DNA from: Eledone cirrhosa | Lineage: Eukaryota | NCBI GenBank assembly: GCA_964016885.1 | Contig: OZ024741.1 | Coordinates: forward strand, 6,138,001-6,202,000 | Length of the DNA: 64,000 nt | Reading direction: 5' to 3' | Part shown: piece by piece, positions 1 to 14,104 of the stretch | Position numbering within the stretch: the stretch's first letter is position 1 | Layout of the letters: each line of letters opens with the position of its first letter | Made by a program: the position numbers and the translations under genes | Notes under the pieces: generated by a model | What the model saw: only the letters and a program-made list of their open reading frames with translations | What the model was told of the DNA's origin: nothing | The model's database searches: none

Positions 1-3000
1 CCTTACACCACTACTGGTACCACCACCCTCTCCACCTTACACCACTACCTGTACCACCACCTCTCCACCTTACACCACTACTGTACCACCCTCTCCACCT
101 TACACCACTACCTGTACCACCACCCTCTCCACCTTACACCACTACCTGTACCACCACCCTCTCCACCTTACACCACTACTGGTACCACCACCCTCTCCAC
201 CTTACACCACTACCTGTACCACCACCCTCTCCACCTTACACCACTACCTGTACCACCACCCTCTCCACCTTACACCACTACCTGTACCACCACCCTCTCC
301 ACATTACACCACTACTGGTACCACCACCCTCTCCACCTTACAGCACTACTGGTACCTCCACCCTCTCCACCTTACACCACTACCAGTACCACCACCCTCT
401 CCACCTTACACCACTACCTGTACCACCGCCCTCTCCACCTTACACCACTACCTGTACCACCACCCTCTCCACATTACACCACTACTGGTACCACCACCCT
501 CTCCACATTACACCACTACTGGTACCACCACCCTCTCCACCTTACACCACTACTGGTACCACCACCCTCTCCACCTTACTCCACTACTGGTACCACCACC
601 CTCTCCACCTTACACCACTACCTGTACCACCACCCTCTCCACATTACACCACTACTGGTACCACCACCCTCTCCACCTTACACCACTACCAGTACCACCA
701 CCCTCTCCACCTTACACCACTACCTGTACCACCGCCCTCTCCACCTTACACCACTACCTGTACCACCACCCTCTCCACCTTACACCACTACCTGTACCAC
801 CACCCTCTCCACATTACACCACTACTGGTACCACCACCCTCTCCACCTTACACCACTACTGGTACCACCACCCTCTCCACCTTACTCCACTACTGGTACC
901 ACCACCCTCTCCACATTACACCACTACTGGTACCACCACCCTCTCCACCTTACACCACTACTGGTACCACCACCCTCTCCACCTTACTCCACTACTGGTA
1001 CCACCACCCTCTCCACCTTACACCACTACTGGTACCACCACCCTCTCCACCTTACACCACTACTGGTACCACCACCCTCTCCACCTTACTCCACTACTGG
1101 TACCACCACCCTCTCCACCTTACACCACTACTGGTACCACCACCCTCTCCACCTTACACCACTACCTGTACCACCACCCTCTCCACCTTACACCACTACT
1201 GGTACCACCACCCTCTCCACCTTACACCACTACTGGTACCACCACCCTCTCCACCTTACACCACTACTGGTACCACCACCCTCTCCACCTTACTCCACTA
1301 CTGGTACCACCACCCTCTCCACCTTACACCACTACTGGTACCACCACCCTCTCCACCTTACACCACTACCTGTACCACCACCCTCTCCACCTTACACCAC
1401 TACTGGTACCACCACCCTCTCCACCTTACACCACTACTGGTACCACCACCCTCTCCACCTTACACCACTACCTGTACCACCACCCTCTCCACATTACACC
1501 ACTACTGGTACCACCACCCTCTCCACCTTACACCACTACTGGTACCACCACCCTCTCCACCTTACTCCACTACTGGTACCACCACCCTCTCCACATTACA
1601 CCACTACTGGTACCACCACCCTCTCCACCTTACACCACTACTGGTACCACCACCCTCTCCACCTTACTCCACTACTGGTACCACCACCCTCTCCACCTTA
1701 CACCACTACTGGTACCACCACCCTCTCCACCTTACACCACTACTGGTACCACCACCCTCTCCACCTTACACCACTACTGGTACCACCACCCTCTCCACCT
1801 TACACCACTACTGGTACCACCACCCTCTCCACCTTACACCACTACTGGTACCACCACCCTCTCCACCTTACACCACTACTGGTACCACCACCCTCTCCAC
1901 CTTACACCACTACTGGTACCACCACCCTCTCCACCTTACACCACTACCTGTACCACCACCCTCTCCACATTACACCACTACTGGTACCACCACCCTCTCC
2001 ACCTTACACCACTACTGGTACCACCACCCTCTCCACCTTACACCACTACCTGTACCACCACCCTCTCCACCTTACACCACTACTGGTACCACCACCCTCT
2101 CCACCTTACACCACTACTGGTACCACCACCCTCTCCACCTTACTCCACTACTGGTACCACTACCCTCTCCACCTTACACCACTACTGGTACCACCACCCC
2201 TCTCCACCTTACACCACTACCTGTACCACCACCCTCTCCACCTTACTCCACTACTGGTACCACTACCCTCTCCACATTACACCACTACTGGTACCACCAC
2301 CCTCTCCACCTTACACCACTACTGGTACCACCACCCTCTCCACCTTACACCACTACCTGTACCACCACCCTCTCCACCTTACACCACTACTGGTACCACC
2401 ACCCTCTCCACCTTACACCACTACTGGTACCACCACCCTCTCCACCTTACTCCACTACTGGTACCACCACCCTCTCCACCTTACACCACTACTGGTACCA
2501 CCACCCTCTCCACCTTACACCACTACCTGTACCACCCCCCTCTCCACCTTACACCACTACCAGTACCACCACCCTCTCCACCTTACACCACTACCTGTAC
2601 CACCACCCTCTCCACCTTACACCACTACTGGTACCACCACCCTCTCCACCTTACACCACTACCAGTACCACCACCCTCTCCACCTTACACCACTACCTGT
2701 ACCACCACCCTCTCCACCTTACACCACTACTGGTACCACCCCCCCTCTCCACCTTACACCACTACCTGTACCACCCGCCTCTCCACCTTACTCCACTACC
2801 TGTACCACCACCCTCTCCACCTTACACCACTACCTGTACCACCACCCTCTCCACCTTACACCACTACTGGTACCACCACCCTCTCCACCTTACACCACTA
2901 CTGTACCACCACCCTCTCCACCTTACACCACTACTGGTACCACCACCCTCTCCACCTTACACCACTACCTGTACCACCACCCACTCCACCTTACACCACT

Positions 3001-6000
3001 ACCTGTACCACCACCCTCTCCACCTTACACCACTACTGGTACCACCACCCTCTCCACCTTACACCACTACCTGTACCACCACCCACTCCACCTTACACCA
3101 CTACCTGTACCACCACCCTCTCCACCTTACACCACTACTGGTACCACCCCCCCTCTCCACCTTACACCACTACCTGTACCACCCGCCTCTCCACCTTACT
3201 CCACTACCTGTACCACCACCCTCTCCACCTTACACCACTACCTGTACCACCACCCTCTCCACCTTACACCACTACCTGTACCACCACCCTCTCCACCTTA
3301 CACCACTACCTGTACCACCACCCTCTCCACCTTACACCACTACTAGTACCACCACCCTCTCCACCTTACACCACTACCAGTACCACCACCCTCTCCACCT
3401 TACACCACTACTGGTACCACCACCCTCTCCACCTTACACCACTACCAGTACCACCACCCTCTCCACCTTACACCACTACTGGTACCACCACCCTCTCCAC
3501 CTTACACCACTACCTGTACCACCACCCTCTCCACCTTACACCACTACTGGTACCACCCCCCCTCTCCACCTTACACCACTACCTGTACACCCCGCCTCTC
3601 CACCTTACTCCACTACCTGTACCACCACCCTCTCCACCTTACACCACTACCTGTACCACCACCCTCTCCACCTTACACCACTACTGGTACCACCACCCTC
3701 TCCACCTTACACCACTACTGGTACCACCACCCTCTCCACCTTACACCACTACCAGTACCACCACCCTCTCCACCTTACACCACTACTGGTACCACCACCC
3801 TCTCCACCTTACACCACTACCTGTACCACCACCCTCTCCACCTTACACCACTACTGGTACACCACCCTCTCCACCTTACACCACTACCTGTACCACCACC
3901 CTCTCCACCTTACACCACTACCTGTACCACCACCCTCTCCACCTTACACCACTACTGGTACCACCACCCTCTCCACCTTACACCACTACCTGTACCACCA
4001 CCCTCTCCACCTTACACCACTACTAGTACCACCACCCTCTCCACCTTACACCACTACCTGTACCACCACCCTCTCCACCTTACACCACTACCTGTACACC
4101 ACCCTCTCCACCTTACACCACTACTGGTACCACCACCCTCTCCACCTTACACCACTACTGTACCACCACCCTCTCCACATTACACCACTACTGGTACCAC
4201 CACCCTCTCCACCTTACACCACTACGGTACCACCACCCTCTCCACCTTACACCACTACTAGTACCACCACCCTCTCCACCTTACACCACTACTGGTACCA
4301 CCACCCTCTCCACCTTACACCACTACTGGTACCACCACCCTCTCCACCTTACACCACTACTAGTACCACCACCCTCTCCACCTTACACCATTACTGGTAC
4401 CACCACCCTCTCCACCTTACACCACTACTGGTACCACCACCCTCTCCACCTTACACCACTACTGGTACCACCACCCTCTCCACATTACACCACTACTGGT
4501 ACCACCACCCTCTCCACCTTACACACTACTAGTACCACCACCCTCTCCACCTTACACCACTACTGGTACCACCACCCTCTCCACCTTACACCACTACTGG
4601 TACCACCACCCTCTCCACCTTACACCACTACTGGTACCACCACCCTCTCCACATTACACCACTACTGGTACCACCACCCTCTCCACCTTACACCACTACT
4701 GGTACCACCACCCTCTCCACCTTACACCACTACTAGTACCACCACCCTCTCCACCTTACACCACTACTGGTACCACCACCCTCTCCACCTTACACCACTA
4801 CTGGTACCACCACCCTCTCCACCTTACACCACTACTAGTACCACCACCCTCTCCACCTTACACCACTACCAGTACCACCACCCTCTCCACCTTACACCAC
4901 TACTGGTACCACCACCCTCTCCACATTACACCACTACTGGTACCACCACCCTCTCCACCTTACACCACTACCAGTACCACCACCCTCTCCACCTTACACC
5001 ACTACCTGTACCACCACCCTCTCCACCTTACACCACTACCTGTACCACAACCCTCTCCACCTTACACCACTACCAGTACCACCACCCTCTCCAGCTTACA
5101 CCACTACCTGTACCACCACCCTCACCACCTTACACCACTACCTGTACCACCACCCTCTCCACCTTACACCACTACTGGTACCACCACCCTCTCCACCTTA
5201 CACCACTACCTGTACCACCACCCTCTCCACCTTACACCACTACTGGTACCACTACTGGTACCACCACCCTCTCCACCTTACACCACTACCTGTACCACCA
5301 CCCTCTCCACCTTACACCACTACCAGTACCACCGCCCTCTCCAGCTTACACCACTACCTGTACCACCACCCTCACCACCTTACACCACTACCTGTACCAC
5401 CACCCTCTCCACCTTACACCACTACTGGTACCACCACCCTCTCCACCTTACACCACTACCTGTACCACCACCCTCTCCACCTTACACCACTACCTGTACC
5501 ACCACCCTCTCCACCTTACACCACTACCTGTACCACCACCCACTCCACCTTACACCACTACCTGTACCACCACCCTCTCCACCTTACACCACTACTGGTA
5601 CCACCACCCTCTCCACCTTACACCACTACCTGTACCACCACCCTCTCCACCTTACACCACTACTGGTACCACCACCCTCTCCACCTTACACCACTACTGG
5701 TACCACCACCCTCTCCACCTTACTCCACTACCTGTACCACCACCCTCTCCACCTTACACCACTACCTGTACCACCACCCTCTCCACCTAACACCACTACC
5801 TGTACCACCACCCTCTCCACCTTACACCACTACTGGTACCACCACCCTCTCCACCTTACACCACTACCTGTACCACCACCCTCTCCACCTTACTCCACTA
5901 CTGGTACCACCACCCTCTCCACCTTACACCACTACTGGTACCACCACCCTCTCCACCTTACACCACTACTAGTACCACCACCCTCTCCACATTACACCAC

Positions 6001-9000
6001 TACTGGTACCACCACCCTCTCCACCTTACTCCACTACTGGTACCACCACCCTCTCCAGCTTACACCACTACTGGTACCACCACCCTCTCCACCTTACACC
6101 ACTAACTGTACCACCACCCTCTCCACCTTACACCACTACCTGTACCACCACCCTCTCCAGCTTACACCACTACTGGTACCACCACCCTCTCCACCTTACA
6201 CCACTACTGGTACCACCACTCTCTCCACCTTACACCACTACCTGTACCACCACTCTCTCCAGCTTACACCACTACTGGTACCACCACCCTCTCCACCTTA
6301 CACCACTAACTGTACCACCACCCTCTCCACCTTACACCACTACCTGTACAACCACCCTCTCCACCTTACTCCACTACTGGTACCACCACCCTCTCCACCT
6401 TACACCACTACTGGTACCACCACCCTCTCCACCTTACACCACTACCTGTACCACCACCCTCTCCACCTTACACTACTAACTGTACCACCACCCTCTCCAC
6501 CTTACACCACTAACTGTACCACCACCCTCTCCACCTTACACCACTACCTGTACCACCACCCTCTCCACCTTACACCACTACTGGTACCACCACCCTCTCC
6601 ACCTTACACCACTACCTGTACCACCACCCTCTCCACCTTACACCACTACTGGTAACACCACCCTCTCCACCTTACACCACTACTGGTACCACCACCCTCT
6701 CCACCTTACACCACTACCTGTACCACCACCCTCTCCACCTTACACCACTACTGGTACCACCACCCTCTCCACCTTACACCACTACCTGTACCACCACCCT
6801 CTCCACCTTACACCACTACTGGTACCACCACCCTCTCCACCTTACACCACTACCTGTACCACCACCCTCTCCACCTTACACCACTACTGGTACCACCACC
6901 CTCTCCACCTTACACCACTACCTGTACCACCACCCTCTCCACCTTACACCACTACTGGTACCACCACCCTCTCCACCTTACACCACTAACTGTACCACCA
7001 CCCTCTCCACCTTACACCACTACCTGTACCACCACCCTCTCCACCTTACACCACTACCTGTACCACCACCCTCTCCACCTTACACCACTACCTGTACCAC
7101 CACTCTCTCCACCTTACACCACTACTGGTACCACCACCCTCTCCACCTTACACCACTACTGGTACCACCACCCTCTCCACCTTACACCACTATCTGTACC
7201 ACCACCCTCTCCACCTTACACCACTACCTGTACCACCACCCTCTCCAGCTTACACCACTACCTGTACCACCACCCTCTCCACGTTACACCACTACTGGTA
7301 CCACCACCCTCTCAACGTTACACCACTACCTGTACCACCACCCTCTCCACGTTACACCACTACTGGTACCACCACCCTCTCCACGTTACACCACTACTAG
7401 TACCACCACCCTCTCCACGTTACACCACAACTGGTACCACCACCCTCTCCATGTTACACCACAACTAGTACCACCACCCTCTCCACCTTACACCACTACC
7501 TGTACCACCACCCTCTCCACCTTACACCACTACTGGTACCACCACCCTCTCCACCTTACACCACTACCTGTACCACCATCCTCTCCACGTTACACCACTA
7601 CTGGTACCACCACCCTCTCCACCTTACACCACTACTGGTACCACCACCCTCTCCATGTTACACCATTACCTGTACCACCACCCTCTCCACATTACACCAC
7701 TACCTGTACCACCACCCTCTCCACGTAACACCACTACTGGTACCACCACCCTCTCCACCTTACACCACTACTGGTACCACCACCCTCTCCACCTTACACC
7801 ACTACTGGTACCACCTTCGTCTCCACATTACACCACTACTAGCACCACCACCCTCTCCATGTTACACCACTACCTGTACCACCACCCTCTCCACCTTACA
7901 CCACTACCTGTACCACCACCCTCTCCACCTTACACCACTACCTGTACCACCACCCTCTCCACCTTACACCACTACTGGTACCACCACCCTCTCCACCTTA
8001 CACCACTACTGGTACCACCACCCTCTCCATGTTACACCACTACTAGTACCACAACCCTCTCCACATTACACCACTACTTGTACCACCACCCTCTCCACCT
8101 TACACCACTACTAGTACCACCACCCTCTCCACCTTACACCACTACCTGTACTACCACCCTCTCCACGTTACACCACTACTGGTACCACCACCCTCTCCAC
8201 CTTACACCACTAACTGTACCACCATCTTCTCCACGTTACACCACTACTAGTACCACCACCCTCTCCATGTTACACCACTACTGGTACCACCACGCTCTCC
8301 ATGTTACACCACTACTGGTATCACCTTCCTCTCCATGTTACACCACTACTGGTACCTACATCCTCTCCACGTTACACCACTACTGGTACCACCATCCTCT
8401 CCACGTTACACCACTACTAGTACCACCATCCTCTCCACGTTACACCACTACCTGTACCTCCACCCTCTCCATGTTACACCACTACCTGTACCTCCATCCT
8501 CTCCACGTTACACCACTACCTGTACCACCACCCTCTCCACGTTCCACCACTACCTGTACCACCACCCTCTCCACCTTACACCACTACTGGTACCACCACC
8601 CTCTCCACCTTACACCACTACTGGTACCACCACCCTCTCCATGTTACACCACTACTAGTACCACAACCCTCTCCACATTACACCACTACTTGTACCACCA
8701 CCCTCTCCACCTTACACCACTACTAGTACCACCACCCTCTCCACCTTACACCACTACCTGTACCACCACCCTCTCCACGTTACACCACTACTGGTACCAC
8801 CACCCTCTCCACCTTACACCACTAACTGTACCACCATCTTCTCCACGTTACACCACTACTAGTACCACCACCCTCTCCATGTTACACCACTACTGGTACC
8901 ACCACGCTCTCCATGTTACACCACTACTGGTATCACCTTCCTCTCCATGTTACACCACTACTGGTACCACCATCCTCTCCACGTTACACCACTACTGGTA

Positions 9001-9569
9001 CCACCATCCTCTCCACGTTACACCACTACTAGTACCACCATCCTCTCCACGTTACACCACTACCTGTACCTCCACCCTCTCCATGTTACACCACTACCTG
9101 TACCTCCATCCTCTCCACGTTACACCACTACCTGTACCACCACCCTCTCCACGTTACACCACTACTAGTACCAGTAACCTCTCCACGTTACACCACTACT
9201 AGTACCACCACCCTCTCCTCGTTACACCACTACTAGTACCACCACCCTCTCCACGTTACACCACTACTAGTACCACCACCCTCTCCACGTTACACCACTA
9301 CTAGTACCAGTAACCTCTCCACGTTACACCACTACTAGTACCACCACCCTCTCCTCGTTACACCACTACTAGTACCACCATCTTCTCTATGTTACACCAC
9401 TACTAGTACCACCACCCTCTCCACGTTATACCACTACTAGTACCACCACCCTCTCCTCGTTACACCACTACTAGTACCACCATCCTCTCTATGTTACACC
9501 ACTACTAGTACCACCACCCTCTCCATGTTACACCACTACTAGTACCACCATCCTCTCCATGTTACACCA
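1..9569. repeat. 34-bp minisatellite, about 280 units, consensus CCTTACACCACTACTGGTACCACCACCCTCTCCA; runs off the window start
   Basis: Unit read directly. The main variable site is CTGGTAC/CCTGTAC/CTAGTAC/CCAGTAC. The + strand is C-rich. ORFs 7655-9202, 8335 and 8947 are stop-free readings of the repeat. Confidence 0.98.
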
Positions 9570-9609
9570 GTCTGTTAGGGAATACACCACTTCTGCAGTA
9601 CGACATATC

Positions 9610-9830
9610 AATATATTACCATTCAACTCAATCCTGTGTCACATCTTTTATAAAAGTGTATCTTTGTGAGGTCAGCCATTACCACTTTCTCTCCAATTTC
9701 CTTTTGTCTACCTCTTCCACAGTTTCCACTAATTTTCAGTTTCCTGTGTTTTTGATTTTTCTTGTTTCTATGCGGCTGTCATCTTCCAAACACATCACAT
9801 ACGTGTGGCTGTCTTCTTTCTTGTTTACTG
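9610..9830 (-). mobile_element. Highly decayed RTE LINE ORF 3' fragment
   Basis: The minus strand translates to VMCLEDDSRI and, in another frame, SGNCGRGRQKEIGEKVVMADLTKIH. These parallel VMRMKDDSCI...DGNRGVGRPKMTWDEVIKADLTQLH of the 19029-20657 ORF. Confidence 0.6.
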
Positions 9831-9969
9831 CATCTAGGGTCAGCATATATACACAAATATGCAAACAAGATTAAACGCGGACTCCTAACTGTAGAAATAT
9901 GACTGAGGTACGAAAGGCAGAATGTGTGTATATATGAGTAAATTTCCAAGAGTTACAAGTATATATATA

Positions 9970-10155
9970 TATCATCATCATCATCACCGTTTAACATCTA
10001 TTTTCCATGCTGGCATGAGTTAAACGGGTTGTCCTGTTTGAGGTAAGTCGAGGTCAGATGACCATGTTTTGCTCATAAGGAACTGTTTCTGGCTTGGTTT
10101 CTACAGCTGGATGCCCTTCTTAACACCAACCACATTTACTGTGTGGGCTGGGGGG
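9970..10155 (-). mobile_element. Diverged RTE LINE 3'UTR with (GAT)n tail
   Basis: (CAT)n followed by CTACAGCTGGATGCCCTTCTTAACACCAAC, the reverse complement of the LINE tail at ~20800-20955. Confidence 0.8.
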
Positions 10156-10321
10156 CTTTAATGGGAAGGGTGTAGGATTAGGGAGGTTGATATATGTGTG
10201 AGGTGATGAAGGTGAGGCATACCAGATGTGTTAAATGTTCATTACATTTATTGAGGTGTTACACACGTTTTGTGATTGATCAACTCATAGTTAAGTCTGT
10301 GGTAACTAGTTGGAATAATAT

Positions 10322-11494
10322 GTTTAGTCTACCAGGTCACCATAGTAACCAATCTGTTAGTCTAGCAGGTCACCATAGTAACCAATCTGTTAGTCTACCA
10401 GGTCACCATAGTAATTACTCTGTTAGTCTACCAGGTCAGGTCACCATAGTAACTAATCTGTTAGTCGACCAGGTCACAATAGTAACTATTAATCTATTAG
10501 TCTACCAGGTCACCATAGTAACCAATCTGTTAGTCTACCAGGTCACCATAGTAACCAGTCTGTTAGTCTACCAGGTCACCATAGTAACCAATCTGTTAGT
10601 CTACCAGGTCACCATAGTAATTACTCTGTTAGTCTACCAGGTCAGGTCACCATAGTAACTAATCTGTTAGTCGACCAGGTCGCAATAGTAACTATTAATC
10701 TATTAGTCTACCAGGTCACCATAGTAACCAATCTGTTAGTCTACCAGGTCACCATAGTAACCAGTCTGTTAGTCTACCAGGTCACCATAGTAACCAATCT
10801 GTTAGTCTACCAGGTCACCATAGCAACTAGTCTGTTAGTCTACCAAGTCACCATAGCAACTAGTCTGTTAGTCTACCAAGTCACCATAGTAACTAATGAG
10901 TTAGTCTACCAGGTCACCATAGTAATTAATATGTTAGTCTACCAGGTCACCATAGCAACTAGTCTGTTAGTCTACCAAGTCACCATAGTAACTAATGAGT
11001 TAGTCTACCAGGTCACCATAGTAACTAGTCTGTTAGTCTACCAGGTCACCATAGTAACTAATATGTTAGTCTACCAAGTCACCATAGTAACTAATATGTT
11101 AGTCTACCAGGTCACCATAGCAACTAATATGTTAGTCTACCAGGTCACCATAGTAACTAATGAGTTAGTCTACCAGGTCACCATAGTAACTAATATGTTA
11201 GTCTACCAGGTCACCATAGCAACTAATATGTTAGTCTACCAGGTCACCATAGTAACTAGTCTGTTAGTCTACCAGGTCACCATAGTAACTAATATGTTAG
11301 TCTACCAAGTCACCATAGTAACTAATATGTTAGTCTACCAGGTCACCATAGCAACTAATATGTTAGTCTACCAGGTCACCATAGTAACTAATGAGTTAGT
11401 CTACCAGGTCACCATAGTAACTAATATGTTAGTCTACCAGGTCACCATAGCAACTAATATGTTAGTCTACCAGGTCACCATAGTAACCAGTATG
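10322..11494. repeat. 33-bp minisatellite, about 35 units, consensus GTTAGTCTACCAGGTCACCATAGTAAC(C/T)AAT(C/A)T
   Basis: Unit read directly. A length of 33 = 11 codons explains the LVYQVTIVTNM ORF. Internal block duplications at offsets of about 206 and 231 bp. Confidence 0.97.
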
Positions 11495-11573
11495 TCAGGT
11501 CAGTGGTGATAAAATGGGGTCAAACTGTTAATTTTAGCAATAGATTAGATTCCCCATGACACATAATCTTTCT

Positions 11574-11576
<3 letters not shown>

Positions 11577-11668
<92 letters not shown>

Positions 11669-11853
11669 CTCTCATTCTCACTCTGTATACAAACACATAA
11701 ACATATATATACATACATACTGTATATATAAATATATATATATATACTGCATATATATATATGTGTGTGTGTGTGTACGTAAGTATGTATGTATATATCA
11801 TATATACATGTGTTTGTGTGTGTGTATAAAGGAGAGAGAGAGAGAGAGAGAGA
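11577..11853. repeat. Compound microsatellite: (CT)n, (TA)/(TG) mix, (GA)n
   Basis: Visible dinucleotide runs. Confidence 0.95.
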
Positions 11854-12178
11854 GTTGTATAGTTCATGGTCCAAAACTAATTTATCATAATATCTAGAAT
11901 AACTGATTCTTCTAGGGGAGACTTGAAAAAGGGGGAGGAATAATCACATGGATAGCTCGTGTCCTGTTATCAACACTAATACATTATTTCTATAGACAAA
12001 AGACTTCACTGACAATAGCCCAGTCCACCTAGCTGTAAGTAGGTACCATACATGTGATAGCACTGTAAAACTGACAAAGGGGTAACTTAGTTTCCAATAG
12101 TGAGTTATATTACTGTGATAGGAGAAACTACTAGATCTAGACTACCATCTAATTCTGGGGAGACTGGAATATATATAT
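11820..12178 (+). repeat. Copy 1 of a ~350-bp local duplication (copy 2 at ~16927-17487)
   Basis: Near-identical from TGTGTATAAAGGAGAG to GGGGAGACTGGAATATA. Copy 2 carries an extra SINE. Confidence 0.93.
12110..12162 (+). repeat. 53-bp dispersed direct repeat, copy 1 of 8
   Basis: TTACTGTGATAGGAGAAACTACTAGATCTAGACTACCATCTAATTCTGGGGAG. Confidence 0.95.
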
Positions 12179-12254
12179 CATCAGCATCATCATCGTTTAA
12201 TATATATATATATATATATATATTAAACGATGATGATGCTGATGATATATATAT
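12169..12254. repeat. Perfect 86-bp palindrome made of two inverted RTE 3' tails around (TA)11
   Basis: ATCATCAGCATCATCATCGTTTAA-(TA)11-TTAAACGATGATGATGCTGATGAT. Confidence 0.93.
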
Positions 12255-12266
12255 ATATATATATAT

Positions 12267-12604
12267 ATCATCATCATTTCATTTTACGTCCACTTTTCCC
12301 TGCTTGCAAGGGTGGGACGGGAACTGATTCTGGCTTGATTTCTACAGCTGGATGCCCTTCCTAACACCAACCTCATTTACAGTGAGTGCTGGGTGCTTTT
12401 TTGCCGTGGCACCTCCACGACCACTTTGCAGTGGAATGATAGGGACTCAAGTCCATATCATCTCATTTCTACAGCTGAGTAAACTGGAGCAATGTGAAAT
12501 AAAGTGTCTTGCTCAAGGAAACAACACATCACCCGGTCTGAGAATTGAACTCACAACCTTTCGATTGCAAGGCCAATGCTCTAACCACTAAGCCATGTGC
12601 CTCC
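12267..12604 (-). mobile_element. tRNA-derived SINE (family 1) with RTE-derived tail
   Basis: Near-exact reverse complement of 21360-21703. A box TGGCTTAGTGG, B box GAGTTCAATTC, and a tail shared with the RTE 3'UTR. Confidence 0.9.
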
Positions 12605-12724
12605 ATATATATATATAACAACACAAATAACAACACACCCAGGAGGTGGACATATCGATGTATTGACGGAGTAAAACACACTTCAACAACATGTGTACCT
12701 GTCTTTCCCCCCACACCGGTTCGG

Positions 12725-12779
12725 ACTGCCTGAAGAGGTCACAGCCAATGATGGCTGTCACCGAAATATATATAGCAGT
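12725..12779 (+). ncRNA. Minimal type I hammerhead ribozyme motif in a ~220-bp TA-flanked insert
   Basis: Stem I ACTGC/GCAGT; core CTGAAGA; stem II GGTcACAGCCA-atga-TGGCTGTcACC; GAAA; short self-complementary stem III TATATA; predicted AUA cleavage triplet. Confidence 0.8.
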
Positions 12780-12854
12780 ATATCTATAGTTTATAATAAA
12801 CGAAGCCAAATTTTACATATTTGACTTAATTATTTTATATATATATATATATAT

Positions 12855-13139
12855 GTTGGTACCACAACATCCAGTCCTAAATAAATGAGGTCGTGTAGGT
12901 GTCACAACAAAAAACACACAGTCCACGCTTTAATGTGGCCGTGTAGGTAACACGGTAAAAACCTCCCAGTCCACTCTGTAAACATGGTTGGTGTTAGGAA
13001 GGGCATCCAGCCGTAGAAAACCCACCAGACAGTCCTATACGAGCAAGACAACCAATCTTGCCTCAAGTGGGACAATTCCTGTCCAAACCCATGCTAGCGT
13101 GGAAGATGGACGTTAAACGATGATGATGATGATGATGAT
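12855..13139 (+). mobile_element. RTE LINE 3'UTR, subfamily B
   Basis: Reverse complement of ~17930-18222; ends GGACGTTAAACGATGATGATG. Confidence 0.88.
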
Positions 13140-13144
13140 ATATA

Positions 13145-13197
13145 TTACTGTGATAGGAAAAACTACTAGATCTAGACTACCATCTAATTCTGGGGAG
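13145..13197 (+). repeat. 53-bp dispersed direct repeat, copy 2
   Basis: Same unit, GGAAAAACT variant. Confidence 0.95.
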
Positions 13198-13205
13198 GTA
13201 TATAT

Positions 13206-13236
<31 letters not shown>

Positions 13237-13782
13237 CCGTTTTACATCCGTTCTTCCACGCTAGCATGGGTTAGACGGGTTGTCCTGTTGCCGGCAGTGT
13301 CCGGTCGGCTGACCTTGTCTTGCTCATATGGGAACTGATTCAGGCTTGATTTCTACAGCTGGATGCCCTTCCTAACACCAACTTCATTTACAGTGAGTGC
13401 TGGGTGCTTTTTTACCATGGCGCCTACACGTCTACTTTACAGTGTGGACTGGGTGCTATTTTGCCGTGGCACCTCCATGACCACTTTGCAGTGGGAGGGT
13501 CTGGGGGCATATTGTCTATATGCTTCAGCTTCGGCTTGTACCCATGGGGGGTTGGGTCTTCTGTATTACTGTGTGACGCCAGAGGTCACGGTTTTGTGTC
13601 ATCACCTTTGAGAGGTGTAATTGGGTAAGGTCAGCTTTTATCACCTCATCCCAGGTCTTCTTGGGTCTCCCCACTCTGCGGTTTCCATCGACTTCTAGTG
13701 CTCTGCACTTTTTTATGCAGCCATCATCCTTCATACTCATCACATGTCCATACCAACGCAACCGCCTCTCCTGCACACAGCA
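13206..13782 (-). mobile_element. 5'-truncated RTE LINE, subfamily A (ORF C-terminus, 3'UTR, (GAT)n tail)
   Basis: ORF 13525-13776 (QERRLRWYGHVM...GRPKKTWDEVIKADL) nearly matches the end of the 19029-20657 protein. Confidence 0.93.
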
Positions 13783-13791
13783 GTATATATA

Positions 13792-13844
13792 TTACTGTGA
13801 TAGGAAAAACTACTAGATCTAGACTACCATCTAATTCTGGGGAG
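13792..13844 (+). repeat. 53-bp dispersed direct repeat, copy 3
   Basis: Same unit. Confidence 0.95.
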
Positions 13845-13854
13845 ATATATATAT

Positions 13855-13963
13855 CGTATGAGCAAGAGAAGGTCAGCCGACCGGACACTGCCCACAACAG
13901 GACAACCCGTCTAACCCATGCTAGCATGGAAGAACGGATGTAAAATGGTGATGATGATGATGA
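13855..13963 (+). mobile_element. RTE subfamily A extreme 3' tail
   Basis: Matches ~20856-20955 and ends in (GAT)n. Confidence 0.85.
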
Positions 13964-14104
13964 GGTTGGGCCAAAAGTTAATTCCTATAAAAAATTTTTA
14001 TTAAAATATATTTTCTTCTTTCAAATTAAAATTGAATAAAAACAAGATCCAATTATTGAAATTTAATTTAAAGATAAAAAAATAGTTTTGAGTTAATTTG
14101 TAAA

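Noticed and set aside
7655-9202. 515-aa His/Pro/Thr-rich ORF
   Set aside because: Stop-free translation of the 34-bp minisatellite; the same peptide appears in all frames.
11996-12034. 39-bp exon candidate TAG/ACAAAAGAC...CTAGCT/GTAAGT (TKDFTDNSPVHLA)
   Set aside because: Splice signals are good, but the region resembles a decayed SINE core (CCAGTCCACCTAGCTGTAA) and is duplicated. Not supportable without RNA data.
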